64,000 bases of DNA from Deltaproteobacteria bacterium (GTDB taxonomy: Bacteria > Myxococcota > Kuafuiibacteriia > Kuafuiibacteriales > Kuafuiibacteriaceae), in NCBI GenBank assembly GCA_040218735.1, contig JAVJQW010000007.1, forward strand, positions 128,001 through 192,000. Reading direction: 5' to 3'. The position numbers and the translations under genes were made by a program. Below, in pieces: positions 29,468-38,145 of the stretch. The notes under the pieces were generated by a model, which saw nothing but the letters and a program-made list of their open reading frames with translations, was not told where the DNA came from and did not search any database. The first letter of the stretch is position 1. The number at the start of each line of letters is the position of its first letter.

Positions 29468-29617
29468 ATGGGCTTTATCAAAGAGATGTGGGCGTTCCTC
29501 AGGGTTCGCAAGAAGTTCTGGCTCTTGCCGATCATCATCATGATGGTCGTCTTCGGTGGGCTCTTGATCCTCGCGCAGGGTTCGGCCGTCGCGCCGTTCA
29601 TCTACACGCTGTTCTAA
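29468..29617 (+). CDS. SxtK/DUF5989-family small membrane protein (49 aa; absent from the ORF track)
   Basis: Translated by hand: MGFIKEMWAFLRVRKKFWLLPIIIMMVVFGGLLILAQGSAVAPFIYTLF*, with the RKK.WL.P and APFIYTLF signatures. Confidence 0.92.
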   Translation: MGFIKEMWAFLRVRKKFWLLPIIIMMVVFGGLLILAQGSAVAPFIYTLF

Positions 29618-29630
29618 GGAGCGATTGCGA

Positions 29631-31469
29631 ATGCGAATCCTCGGGATCTCGGCGTTCTATCACGACAGCGCGGCGGCGCTCGTCGCCGACGGTCAGATCG
29701 TAGCGGCCGCGCAGGAAGAGCGCTTCACACGCAAGAAACACGACGCGCGCTTCCCGCACCACGCGGTTTCGTACTGCCTCGAGGAGGCGGGCGTGAACCT
29801 CGACGCGGTCGACTACGTCGCCTTCTACGACAAGCCGTTCCTCAAGTTCGAGCGCCTGCTGGAGACGTACCTCGCGTTCGCTCCACGTGGCTTTCAGTCC
29901 TTCCGCATGGCGATCCCCGTCTGGGTGAAGGAAAAGCTGTTCCAGAAGTCGCTGCTGAAGAAGAAGCTGACGGACCACTACCCGGACTTCGACTGGGAGA
30001 ACCGTCTGCTCTTCGCCGAGCACCACCAAAGCCACGCGTCGAGCGCGTTCTTCCCGTCACCGTTCGAAGAGGCGGTCGTCCTCACGATGGACGGCGTCGG
30101 CGAGTGGGCGACGACGTCCGCGGCGATCGGGCGCGGGAACAAGATGGAGATGGTCAAAGAGATCCATTTCCCGCACTCGCTCGGCCTCCTGTACTCCGCG
30201 TTCACGTACTACACCGGGTTCAAGGTCAACTCGGGTGAGTACAAGGTCATGGGCCTCGCGCCGTACGGCCGGCCGATCTTCGTCGACAAGATCCTCGAGC
30301 ACCTGATGGACCTGAAGGAGGACGGCTCGTTCCGCTTGGACCTGTCGTACTTCGACTACTGCACGGGCCTGAAGATGACGAACGAGAAGTTCGACGAGCT
30401 CTTCGGGGGCCCGCCGCGCGGCAAGGAGAAGCTCCTCACCCAGCGCGAGATGGATCTCGCGGCGTCGGTGCAGAAGGTCATCGAGATCGCGGTCCTCAAA
30501 CTCACGAAGGCGCTCTCGGACGAGTACGGCATCAAGAACCTCTGCCTCGCCGGCGGTGTGGCGCTCAACTGCGTCGCCAACGGCAAAGTGCTGCGCGAGC
30601 AGTACCTCGACAACATCTGGATTCAGCCCGCGGCCGGTGACGCCGGCGGCGCGCTCGGTGCGGCGCTCAACGCGTACCACCAGTTCCAGGGGCAGCCGCG
30701 CAAGATCCCGAACGGCGAACGCGACCACATGAAGGGCTCGTACCTCGGCCCGCTCTACGAGACGGCGCAGATCGAGAAGGAGCTGCGCGAGGTCGGCGCC
30801 AAGTTCGAGACACTCTCCGACGAGGAGATGATCGACGCGACCGCTCAGGCGCTCGCGGACGAGAAGGCCGTCGGCTGGTTCCAGGGGCGGATGGAGTTCG
30901 GGCCGCGTGCGCTCGGTGGACGTTCGATCCTCGGCGACCCGCGTTCGCCGTCGATGCAGACCACGTTGAACCTCAAGGTGAAGTACCGCGAGTCGTTCCG
31001 TCCGTTCGCACCGTCGGTGCTGCGCGACGACGTCGCGGAGTGGTTCGACCTCGACGGTGACAGCCCGTACATGCTGCTCGTCGCGCCGGTGAAGGACGAC
31101 AAGTGCATCGAGATGACCGAGGAGCAGAAGGAGCTGTTCGGCATCGAGAAGCTGAAGATTCCGCGGTCGGAGATCCCGGCGGTCACGCACGTCGACTACT
31201 CGGCGCGCGTGCAGACGGTCCACGAGGACACGAACCCGCGCTACTACAAGCTCATTCGGAAGTTCAAAGACCTCACGGGCTGCCCGGTGGTCGTGAACAC
31301 GAGCTTCAACGTGCGCGGCGAGCCGATCGTGTGCACGCCCGCGGACGCGTTCCGGTGTTTCATGGGCACCGAGATCGAGCGCCTCGCGGTCGGCAACTGC
31401 TTCCTCAAGAAGGAAGACCAGGATGAAAAGCTCAAGCTCGACTACAAGGAAGCGTTCGAGCTCGACTGA
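29631..31469 (+). CDS. O-carbamoyltransferase (NodU/CmcH/SxtI family)
   Basis: ILGISAFYHDSAAA, EERFTRKKHD, HHQSHASSAF, GEYKVMGLAPYG, GGVALNCVANG, EFGPRALG, NTSFNVRGEPIV. AAGGAG RBS before the ATG at 29631. Confidence 0.96.
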   Translation: MRILGISAFYHDSAAALVADGQIVAAAQEERFTRKKHDARFPHHAVSYCLEEAGVNLDAVDYVAFYDKPFLKFERLLETYLAFAPRGFQSFRMAIPVWVKEKLFQKSLLKKKLTDHYPDFDWENRLLFAEHHQSHASSAFFPSPFEEAVVLTMDGVGEWATTSAAIGRGNKMEMVKEIHFPHSLGLLYSAFTYYTGFKVNSGEYKVMGLAPYGRPIFVDKILEHLMDLKEDGSFRLDLSYFDYCTGLKMTNEKFDELFGGPPRGKEKLLTQREMDLAASVQKVIEIAVLKLTKALSDEYGIKNLCLAGGVALNCVANGKVLREQYLDNIWIQPAAGDAGGALGAALNAYHQFQGQPRKIPNGERDHMKGSYLGPLYETAQIEKELREVGAKFETLSDEEMIDATAQALADEKAVGWFQGRMEFGPRALGGRSILGDPRSPSMQTTLNLKVKYRESFRPFAPSVLRDDVAEWFDLDGDSPYMLLVAPVKDDKCIEMTEEQKELFGIEKLKIPRSEIPAVTHVDYSARVQTVHEDTNPRYYKLIRKFKDLTGCPVVVNTSFNVRGEPIVCTPADAFRCFMGTEIERLAVGNCFLKKEDQDEKLKLDYKEAFELD

Positions 31470-31500
31470 GCTTCCCGGGTAAACGATCCAACTATCGGTT

Positions 31501-31565
31501 CCGCAAGGAATTTCGCGGCGTGCCCCCGACGCCGCGTGCGCCCACCTCCGCGAAATTCGTTGCGG
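31501..31565. repeat. 18-bp inverted repeat (17/18 match) with a 29-nt loop, intergenic
   Basis: CCGCAAGGAATTTCGCGG (31501-31518) versus CCGCGAAATTCGTTGCGG (31548-31565). Confidence 0.7.
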
Positions 31566-31592
31566 TCGCGTCGAACGACTAGACTCCCATCC

Positions 31593-32711
31593 GTGGCGAA
31601 GGACGCCTCCACTCGGAACGCGATCCTCGTGACCGTGTTGGTCACGTTGGTGTTCCTCGCGGGCATCTGGGCCGGGCGTTTCCTCACGCGCCTGCAGCTC
31701 GAAGCCCCCATCGCCCAGTGGGACCGCGCCCGGACGCTCGGGGCGCTCGTGAAGAGCGACGAAGACCGTCGCGCGCGCGCGCAGGCGTACGACGACCCGG
31801 ACCAAGCGATCGCCGCGATGGACGGCTACGGGTGGGCGCCGCCCAACTTGCCCGCGCCGTTCGTGGGTGTCGGCCCGGCGCCGGGCGAGCACACCGGGAT
31901 CACGATCGGGGCGGGGCTCTTCCGCGGGCGCGACGGCGTCGAGATGCCGAAGCCGCCGGGGCGCTTCCGCGTCTTCGTCACCGGCGGGTCGACCGCGTTC
32001 TCCAGTGGCGCGCCCTCCGAGGAGGCCACGATCGGCGCCTTCCTCGGGGCATGCCTGAAGAAGACCCGAGCCAACGCCGAGGTCATCACGCTCGCCAACC
32101 CGGCGTGGGCCAGCACGCAAGAGCGGATCGCGATCGAGCAACGTATCAGCGAGCTCGCCCCCGACGTGGTCGTGTCGTTCACGGGCGTCAACGACGTCCA
32201 CTGGGGTGTGCGCGGCCGCGACACCGCGTGGTTCAGGACCTACTGGGACGAGACGTTCTACCGAATCGACGCCGCGGTGTTCGATCTCGCGGGCCGCCCG
32301 TTCGCCGATCCGATCGTAGTGACCGAGGCGCCGACGCCCGTCGAGCGCCTCGCGGAGGTCTTCACGAAGAACGTCGCGATCTCCGGCTTCGTCCTCGATC
32401 GTGTGGGTGCGCGCTACGTCGTCGCGTTGCAGCCGAACCTCGCCGTCTCCTCCAAACAGATCACCGCGAGAGAGGAGGCGCTCCTGGAGGTGATGGGTGA
32501 AGAGCGTCGGGCCCACTACGTGAAGGGTTACGAGGCCTTCCGCGCGGGACTGGGCGCGGTCGACGCGGCCAACGTTTCCTGGTGGGATCTGTCCGATGTG
32601 TTTGCCGGGCGGTCGGAAGAGATCTTCCTCGACAACTACCACTTCGGCGATCGCGGCAACCGCATCATCGCGGAGGCGCTCTGCGCGCGGTTCGAGGAGC
32701 TGAGTCCGTGA
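31593..32711 (+). CDS. Membrane-anchored SGNH/GDSL hydrolase (SxtL-like position)
   Basis: TM helix, VFVTGGSTAFS, SFTGVND, C-terminal DNYHFGDRGN. GTG start at 31593 assumed. Confidence 0.82.
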   Translation: MAKDASTRNAILVTVLVTLVFLAGIWAGRFLTRLQLEAPIAQWDRARTLGALVKSDEDRRARAQAYDDPDQAIAAMDGYGWAPPNLPAPFVGVGPAPGEHTGITIGAGLFRGRDGVEMPKPPGRFRVFVTGGSTAFSSGAPSEEATIGAFLGACLKKTRANAEVITLANPAWASTQERIAIEQRISELAPDVVVSFTGVNDVHWGVRGRDTAWFRTYWDETFYRIDAAVFDLAGRPFADPIVVTEAPTPVERLAEVFTKNVAISGFVLDRVGARYVVALQPNLAVSSKQITAREEALLEVMGEERRAHYVKGYEAFRAGLGAVDAANVSWWDLSDVFAGRSEEIFLDNYHFGDRGNRIIAEALCARFEELSP

Positions 32712-33355
32712 GCACGCGCTTCCCGATTCCCCAGCTCCGCCGTCGGCTCTCCACGCTGCTCGACCGCGTGCGGCCGACGGAGGAGTCGGTCGAGGAGCGA
32801 CGTCGGCGCCTCGTCGAAGAGGGTGTCCTCGAGATCGGCGAGCACACCTACGGCTGCCCGCACATCGTCACGCACCGTGGTGACACCGCGCGCGTCAAGA
32901 TCGGCGACTTCTGTTCGCTCGCCGCCGACATCGAGATCCTCGTCGGCGGCAATCACCGCGTCGACTGGGTCTCGACGTTCCCGTTCCGCGCGATGTTCCG
33001 CCTGGAGGGCGCCTTCGAAGATGGGCACCCGGCCACCAAGGGCGACGTCGTCATCGGGAACGACGTGTGGGTCGGTCGCGGCGCGAAGATCCTCTCGGGT
33101 GTGCACGTCGGCGACGGCGCGGCGATCGCGGGCTACGCGTTGGTCGTGAAGGACGTGCCGCCGTACGCGATCGTCGGAGGCAACCCCGCGAAGGTCATCC
33201 GCCGTCGCTTCGAAGATGACCAGATCGACGCGCTCCTCCGCATCGCGTGGTGGAAGTGGCCGCTCGACGAGATCCTCAGCGAGGTCCCGGCCCTCCAGTG
33301 CGACGACATCGCGGGCTTCATCGAGAAGTTCGACCCGATGCGGGCCCGAAGTTGA
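32708..33355 (+). CDS. CatB/Vat-like hexapeptide O-acetyltransferase
   Basis: IGDFCSLA, NHRVDWVSTFPF, IGNDVWVG, VKDVPPYAIVGGNPAKVIRRRF, WWKW. GTGA overlap with the upstream stop. Confidence 0.9.
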   Translation: MSTRFPIPQLRRRLSTLLDRVRPTEESVEERRRRLVEEGVLEIGEHTYGCPHIVTHRGDTARVKIGDFCSLAADIEILVGGNHRVDWVSTFPFRAMFRLEGAFEDGHPATKGDVVIGNDVWVGRGAKILSGVHVGDGAAIAGYALVVKDVPPYAIVGGNPAKVIRRRFEDDQIDALLRIAWWKWPLDEILSEVPALQCDDIAGFIEKFDPMRARS

Positions 33356-34626
33356 GACGCACCGGCCTACTCGCGATCCTCGCCGCGATCGGGATGGCCT
33401 TCGGGTTCGCGAACCACTGGCTCATCCTCTACTTCTTCGGCGCGAGCCGCGGCGCCGACATCTTCTTCGGCAGCAACATCGTGCTGCTGTTCGTCGTCGG
33501 CCTCGTGAGCGGCCCGATCGGGAACACGATCGTCCCCGTCCTCTCGGTCGTCGACGACGAGGCCCAACGGCGCATCGACGCCTCCACGCTCCTCGCGGCC
33601 GTCACGTTCGTCTTCGGAGGCACCGCGGTCCTCGCGATCCTCCTCGCGGGGGTCTGGGTCCCGATCGCGCTCCCCGGGTTCGAGGGCGAAGAGCAGGCCA
33701 CAGCGATCCGCTTCGCGCGCATCCAGCTGATCGGCGTGGTGTTCGCCGCGCAGTACGGCGTGCTGTGGGCGACGGCCCAAGCGCAGCGGAAGTTCGTCAC
33801 GACCGAGCTCATGTTCGTCATCGCCTTCCTGGTGATGGTCATCGCGATGTGGCTCACCGCGCCGACGTTCGGCATCGAAGCGATGGCCTGGATTGCCGCG
33901 GTACGACCGGCCGTGCAAGCTGTCTTGCTCGTGCCGCTGATCGGAGGGCTTCGCCGGCCCGACTTCGCGTCCGAGGCCCTGAAGGAGACCTGGCGACGCG
34001 TCCGCCCCCTCCTCGCGGGGAGCCTCTACTACAAGTCCGACGTGTTCGCGGATCGCTACCTCACGTCGATGGCGCCCGCGGGCGCGCTGTCGCTCTTCCA
34101 CGTCGCGACCGTGATGTACCGGGCGGCGACCGGCATCCTGAACCGCGTCTTCGTCGGCCCGATCGTCCCGCACCTCGCGACGCTCGCGAAGGCGGAGCGC
34201 TACACCGAGCTCACGCGTGTCTATCGCAAGCGCGTCCTGTTCCTCGGCGCGCTGATCGTCATCGGCTACGCGGTGGTGTGGTTGTTCGGCGAAACACTCC
34301 TCGGCCTGTTGATCGGCTACGGCGGCGTGACCGACGAAAACGTCCGCACGCTCTACTCGATCATCCTCGCGCTGGTCGGTCTGTCGATCGGCCTCGTCGG
34401 CCAGGTCCTCGCGTCGACCTTCTACGCGCTCGCCGACACCAAGACTCCGACCACCGCGAGCATCATCGGCTTTACGTGCGGGCTCGGCTTCAAGATCCTC
34501 GGATTCTACTGGGGCGGCGTGGTCGGCCTCGCGCTCGGGACGTCCGCGTACTTCCTGCTCAACCTGATCCTCCTCACCTCGCTCCTCGAGCTCCGCCTCG
34601 CGAAGCTCCGCGCCGCGGCCTCCTGA
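33352..34626 (+). CDS. MurJ/MviN-like (MOP family) polysaccharide flippase
   Basis: About 12 hydrophobic segments, FGAS..ADIFF, ADRYLTS, FYALADTKTP. TTGA overlap with the upstream stop. Confidence 0.8.
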   Translation: MRRTGLLAILAAIGMAFGFANHWLILYFFGASRGADIFFGSNIVLLFVVGLVSGPIGNTIVPVLSVVDDEAQRRIDASTLLAAVTFVFGGTAVLAILLAGVWVPIALPGFEGEEQATAIRFARIQLIGVVFAAQYGVLWATAQAQRKFVTTELMFVIAFLVMVIAMWLTAPTFGIEAMAWIAAVRPAVQAVLLVPLIGGLRRPDFASEALKETWRRVRPLLAGSLYYKSDVFADRYLTSMAPAGALSLFHVATVMYRAATGILNRVFVGPIVPHLATLAKAERYTELTRVYRKRVLFLGALIVIGYAVVWLFGETLLGLLIGYGGVTDENVRTLYSIILALVGLSIGLVGQVLASTFYALADTKTPTTASIIGFTCGLGFKILGFYWGGVVGLALGTSAYFLLNLILLTSLLELRLAKLRAAAS

Positions 34627-34666
34627 CTTGCGCCCGGCCGCCGCACCACGCTAATCCACACTCGCC

Positions 34667-35617
34667 GTGGTCCCCGACGAAGTCGTCCTCGAAGACGTCC
34701 CGTGTCCCTGCGGCTCGACCGCGGGCGACGCGCTCGTGTTCGTCGGGCGCGACCGACTCCACGACCTCCCTGGTGAGTTCGCCGTCGTGCGCTGCCTCGC
34801 GTGTGACCTCGTCCGCACCAACCCACGACCGACGCGCGAAACGATCGGCTACTACTACCCGACGACCTACCGCCTGCACCAAGCACCCGCCGCGCCGCCC
34901 GCGCCCAAACCTCGACGCTTCGGCGCGCTGCGCAGCTTCGCCGGCAAGGCGATCGACTTCCGCACCAAACCGCTGCCCCCCGCGCAGCCCGGCCACTACT
35001 ACGAGGTCGGGTGCGGCAACGGCGGCTTCCTCCGCGTGATGCAGCAGCAGGGGTGGTCCGTCGAAGGCCTCGAACCCGGCGAGACCGGCGCCGAAGCCGC
35101 GCGCGCGCAGGGGCTCGACGTCGTCTGCGCGCAGCTCGAGAGCGCGCCGCCGCCGAACCAGACCCCGGATCTCGTCGCGGCGTGGATGGTGCTCGAACAC
35201 CTGCACGATCCCCTCGCCGGCCTCGAACGCCTCCGCGACTGGACACGCCCGGGCGCGTACCTCGCGGCGTCCGTGCCGAACATCGAGAGCCTGGAATTCA
35301 GCGCGTTCAAGGGCGCGTGGTACGCGCTGCAGCTCCCCACGCACCTGTTCTTCTACACGCCGAAGACCCTCGGCGATCTCTTCCGCCGCGCCGGGTGGGA
35401 GCTGGAGCGTGTCTTCCACCACCGCAACGTCACCAACCTCATCACCTCCGTCGGGTTGAAGCTCGAGGACACCGGCCTCGCGCCCGAGCTCGCGAAGCGC
35501 CTCGTCACCTACCCGTCGCGCGCGACGTGGCAGCTCCTCGCGACGTACCCGCTCGCCACCGTGCTCGCCGCGCTCGGACAGACCGGGCGCATCACCGTGT
35601 GGGCGCGTCGTCGCTGA
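34667..35617 (+). CDS. Class I SAM-dependent methyltransferase (glycan cluster type)
   Basis: CPCG...VVRCLACDL..NPRP, YEVGCGNG, VLEHLHDP, PTHLFFYTPKTL. Confidence 0.88.
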   Translation: MVPDEVVLEDVPCPCGSTAGDALVFVGRDRLHDLPGEFAVVRCLACDLVRTNPRPTRETIGYYYPTTYRLHQAPAAPPAPKPRRFGALRSFAGKAIDFRTKPLPPAQPGHYYEVGCGNGGFLRVMQQQGWSVEGLEPGETGAEAARAQGLDVVCAQLESAPPPNQTPDLVAAWMVLEHLHDPLAGLERLRDWTRPGAYLAASVPNIESLEFSAFKGAWYALQLPTHLFFYTPKTLGDLFRRAGWELERVFHHRNVTNLITSVGLKLEDTGLAPELAKRLVTYPSRATWQLLATYPLATVLAALGQTGRITVWARRR

Positions 35618-35626
35618 AGGGCCCTC

Positions 35627-36076
35627 GTGACGGACGAGCTCGAACGCGATGTCGCGTCGGTCAAGAAACCTTGGCCGCGGTGGGTGAAGTGGACGCTGAT
35701 CCCCGCGCAGGTCGTGCTCGCGATCGTCGCGTACTTCGTCGTCGACGGTTACCTCGACCAACAGGCCGCGCGCCCCTCCGCGCTCGCGGCGGCGGCGGAG
35801 CGTGAGAACGGTTCGCTCCCGCGCATGATCGACGACGCCACGCGCCTCGAACACGTCGACGCCAAGGGCCAGACGCTCCGCTACCGCTACACGGTGCTCG
35901 CGGATCCCGAGACGCCACTCAACCCCAAGCGCATGCGTCGCAAGTTCAACCAGCGCCTCTGCGCCGACGACGACACCCGGGTGTTGCTCGAGAACGGCGT
36001 GACCTTCGAGTACGTCTACGAACGCGAGCTGAAGGTGCTCGCCGAGTTCAGGGTGAAGCCGCAGACCTGCCCGTGA
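35627..36076 (+). CDS. Membrane-anchored protein resembling the GspS-beta pilotin/PA3611 fold
   Basis: TM helix followed by NGSLPRMIDDATRL...LRYRYT...LCADDDTRVLLENGVTFEYVY. Confidence 0.55.
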   Translation: MTDELERDVASVKKPWPRWVKWTLIPAQVVLAIVAYFVVDGYLDQQAARPSALAAAAERENGSLPRMIDDATRLEHVDAKGQTLRYRYTVLADPETPLNPKRMRRKFNQRLCADDDTRVLLENGVTFEYVYERELKVLAEFRVKPQTCP

Positions 36077-36974
36077 CGTTCACGAGGTCCGCCCACACTG
36101 GCCAGTGATCCGACAGGCCCGGCTCCTCGAAGCCGACGTCCACGCCCCACGAACCCTCGAACGCCTCCGCCGCGTGACCCCACAGAACGATGCGATCGTA
36201 GGCGCACGACGAAGTCGCGACGTTGGTGTCCGCGTCGTCCGGAACGACCCAGAGGTACTCGGGGTCGCGGAGGTCCAGCTCGTCGAGCTCCTCCGGCGAC
36301 GCGTAGCTGCAGCTGGCGTTGAAGTCACCGAGCACCACGACGCTCGCCGCGCCATACTGCTGCCACGCGTCGTAGGCGACGTCGGAGAGCGCGTCGATCT
36401 CCTCCAGCGCGGAGGCGGGGCGGGTGTGGATGTTCACGAGCACGACGTCGAGCGACCCACCGACCGCCTCGAAGCGCGCGAGGTGCGGCTCGCGCTGGAA
36501 ACGATCACGGAGTGAGTCGTCGTACAGCGACGGCGAGCCCACCACGGCGAGCTTCGTCGCGTCGTAGAAGAACGCGTACTGCTCCTGCGCGTAGTTGTCG
36601 TCGGGCTCGCGGCCGGTCCGCGGCGACAGCACCATCTCGTGCGGCGCCCCCTGTTTGCGGAGCGCGTCGCGCAACACGTACGGCGCCTGCTGGTTGACGT
36701 CCTTGATCTCCTGCACCGCGACGAGGTCGTAGCGCGCGATGATCGAAGCGATCTCCGCGACCGCCGCCGGGTTCGACGCCTTCGACGGTCCGAACAGCTG
36801 CAGGTTGAACGTCGCGACCCGGATGTTCTCGACCACCGGCTCCAGCTCCGTGCGCGGATAGTCGAACGTGGGGCGCTCGAAGTCCGGACGCCCGAAGCGA
36901 TCGCCGCCGGCGCCGGCGGGGAGGGGCGGGACCTCGCAGGCCAGGAGGAGCAGGGGGAGCAGGAGTCGCCGCAT
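36048..36974 (-). CDS. DNase I-like nuclease (EEP superfamily), lipoprotein
   Basis: Lipobox LLAC. ATFNLQLFG, YDLVAVQEI, FQREP, NIHTRP, GDFNASCSY, CAYDRIV, SDHWPV. Confidence 0.92.
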   Translation of the reverse strand: MRRLLLPLLLLACEVPPLPAGAGGDRFGRPDFERPTFDYPRTELEPVVENIRVATFNLQLFGPSKASNPAAVAEIASIIARYDLVAVQEIKDVNQQAPYVLRDALRKQGAPHEMVLSPRTGREPDDNYAQEQYAFFYDATKLAVVGSPSLYDDSLRDRFQREPHLARFEAVGGSLDVVLVNIHTRPASALEEIDALSDVAYDAWQQYGAASVVVLGDFNASCSYASPEELDELDLRDPEYLWVVPDDADTNVATSSCAYDRIVLWGHAAEAFEGSWGVDVGFEEPGLSDHWPVWADLVNVTGRSAASP

Positions 36975-37034
36975 CGAAGGATGGTTCGGCGGTTTCGTCG
37001 AGGGCGTGAGTCGTTGGTCGATCGCGAGACACCG

Positions 37035-37592
37035 TCACCCGCCGAGGATCCTCTGCAGGATCCGGGCGGCCACGCGGGCGTCGTCGAGCGCGCGGTGTTT
37101 CTCACCCGCCTCGATCCCGAGCGCGTCGCGCGCGGCGTCGATGTTCTTGTCCTTCGACCGACCGAGTCGCGCGTAGAGCTTCTTGATGTCGAGGTACGCG
37201 TCGGTGAGCGGCGGGAGCTCGTGCAGCTCGAGGTCGAGCTCGAACTGCCACTGCTCGTACGCGCCCCATCCGGCGCGGACGTAGTCGCCGTGTTCCTTCG
37301 CCCAGGAGAGGAACGCGAGCATCGCGCGCGGGAACTCGGGCGCCGCGTCGACGTCGTCCTGCGTGATGCCCGTGAGCTCGGTGCAGAAGGCGGAGATCCG
37401 CGGCACCGCGACCGGCTTCACGTAGGTCTGGAAGTCGGCGGTGATGCCTTCGCCGTGCCGGTAGGCGACGGCGCCGATCTCGATCGTCTCCTTGCGGCGC
37501 GACCAGACGCCCTTCCAGCAGGTGCCCTCCAGGTCGTAGACGATCACCGCGCGATCCCCGGTGAGGATCTGCTTCATCGCGGCGTCGTCCAC
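37035..37592 (-). CDS. DEDDh 3'-5' exonuclease (ERI-1/KapD-like)
   Basis: YDLEGTCW, ETIEIGAV, FQTYVKP, FCTELTGITQDDVDAA, HRALDDAR. Start GTG 37592 or ATG 37577. Confidence 0.9.
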   Translation of the reverse strand: MDDAAMKQILTGDRAVIVYDLEGTCWKGVWSRRKETIEIGAVAYRHGEGITADFQTYVKPVAVPRISAFCTELTGITQDDVDAAPEFPRAMLAFLSWAKEHGDYVRAGWGAYEQWQFELDLELHELPPLTDAYLDIKKLYARLGRSKDKNIDAARDALGIEAGEKHRALDDARVAARILQRILGG

Positions 37593-37605
37593 GGCGCCTC
37601 GAATG

Positions 37606-38145
37606 TCAGGGGTACATGCGCGCCTTGTCGAGCGTCGGCAGCGCGGCGTCCTTGTCGGAGAGGATCGGATCCGAGATCGGCCAGTCGATCCCGATCGTCG
37701 GGTCGTTCCAGATGATCCCGCCTTCACCCTCGCGGTTGTAGACGTCGCTGCACTTGTACATGATCTCGCACTCGTCGCTCAGCACGCAGAACCCGTGCGC
37801 GAAGCCCTTCGGCACCAGGATCTGGTTCTTCTTCTCCGCGCTGAGCACGACGCCCGTCCACTTGCCGAACGTCGCCGACCCCGGCCGGATGTCCACCGCG
37901 ACGTCGAACGCCTCGCCCTTCACCGCCCAGACGAGTTTGTCCTGCGCGTTCTCCACCTGATAGTGCAGCCCACGCAGCGTGCCCTTCCTCGACTTGCTGT
38001 GGTTGTCCTGCAACCAGCGAATGTCGATCCCCGCCTCGTGGTACCGCGCCTCGTTGTAGACCTCGAGGAAGAAGCCTCGCTTGTCTTCGAAGATGCGGGG
38101 CTCGATGATCTTCACACCCGGTAGCTCGGTCTCGACGACGTTCAT
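37606..38145 (-). CDS. rfbC: dTDP-4-dehydrorhamnose 3,5-epimerase
   Basis: FEDKRGFF, QDNHSKS..GTLRGLHYQ, DVAVDIR.GS.TFGKW, VPKGFAHGF, WNDPTIGIDWP. Confidence 0.96.
   Translation of the reverse strand: MNVVETELPGVKIIEPRIFEDKRGFFLEVYNEARYHEAGIDIRWLQDNHSKSRKGTLRGLHYQVENAQDKLVWAVKGEAFDVAVDIRPGSATFGKWTGVVLSAEKKNQILVPKGFAHGFCVLSDECEIMYKCSDVYNREGEGGIIWNDPTIGIDWPISDPILSDKDAALPTLDKARMYP

Noticed and set aside
28952-32711. Saxitoxin biosynthetic cluster
   Set aside because: Only sxtI/J/K/L-like accessory genes are present. No sxtA, sxtG or sxtB, and the context is surface glycan.
32708-33355. Chloramphenicol/streptogramin resistance gene (catB/vat)
   Set aside because: Translationally coupled within a polysaccharide operon, so more likely a sugar O-acetyltransferase.
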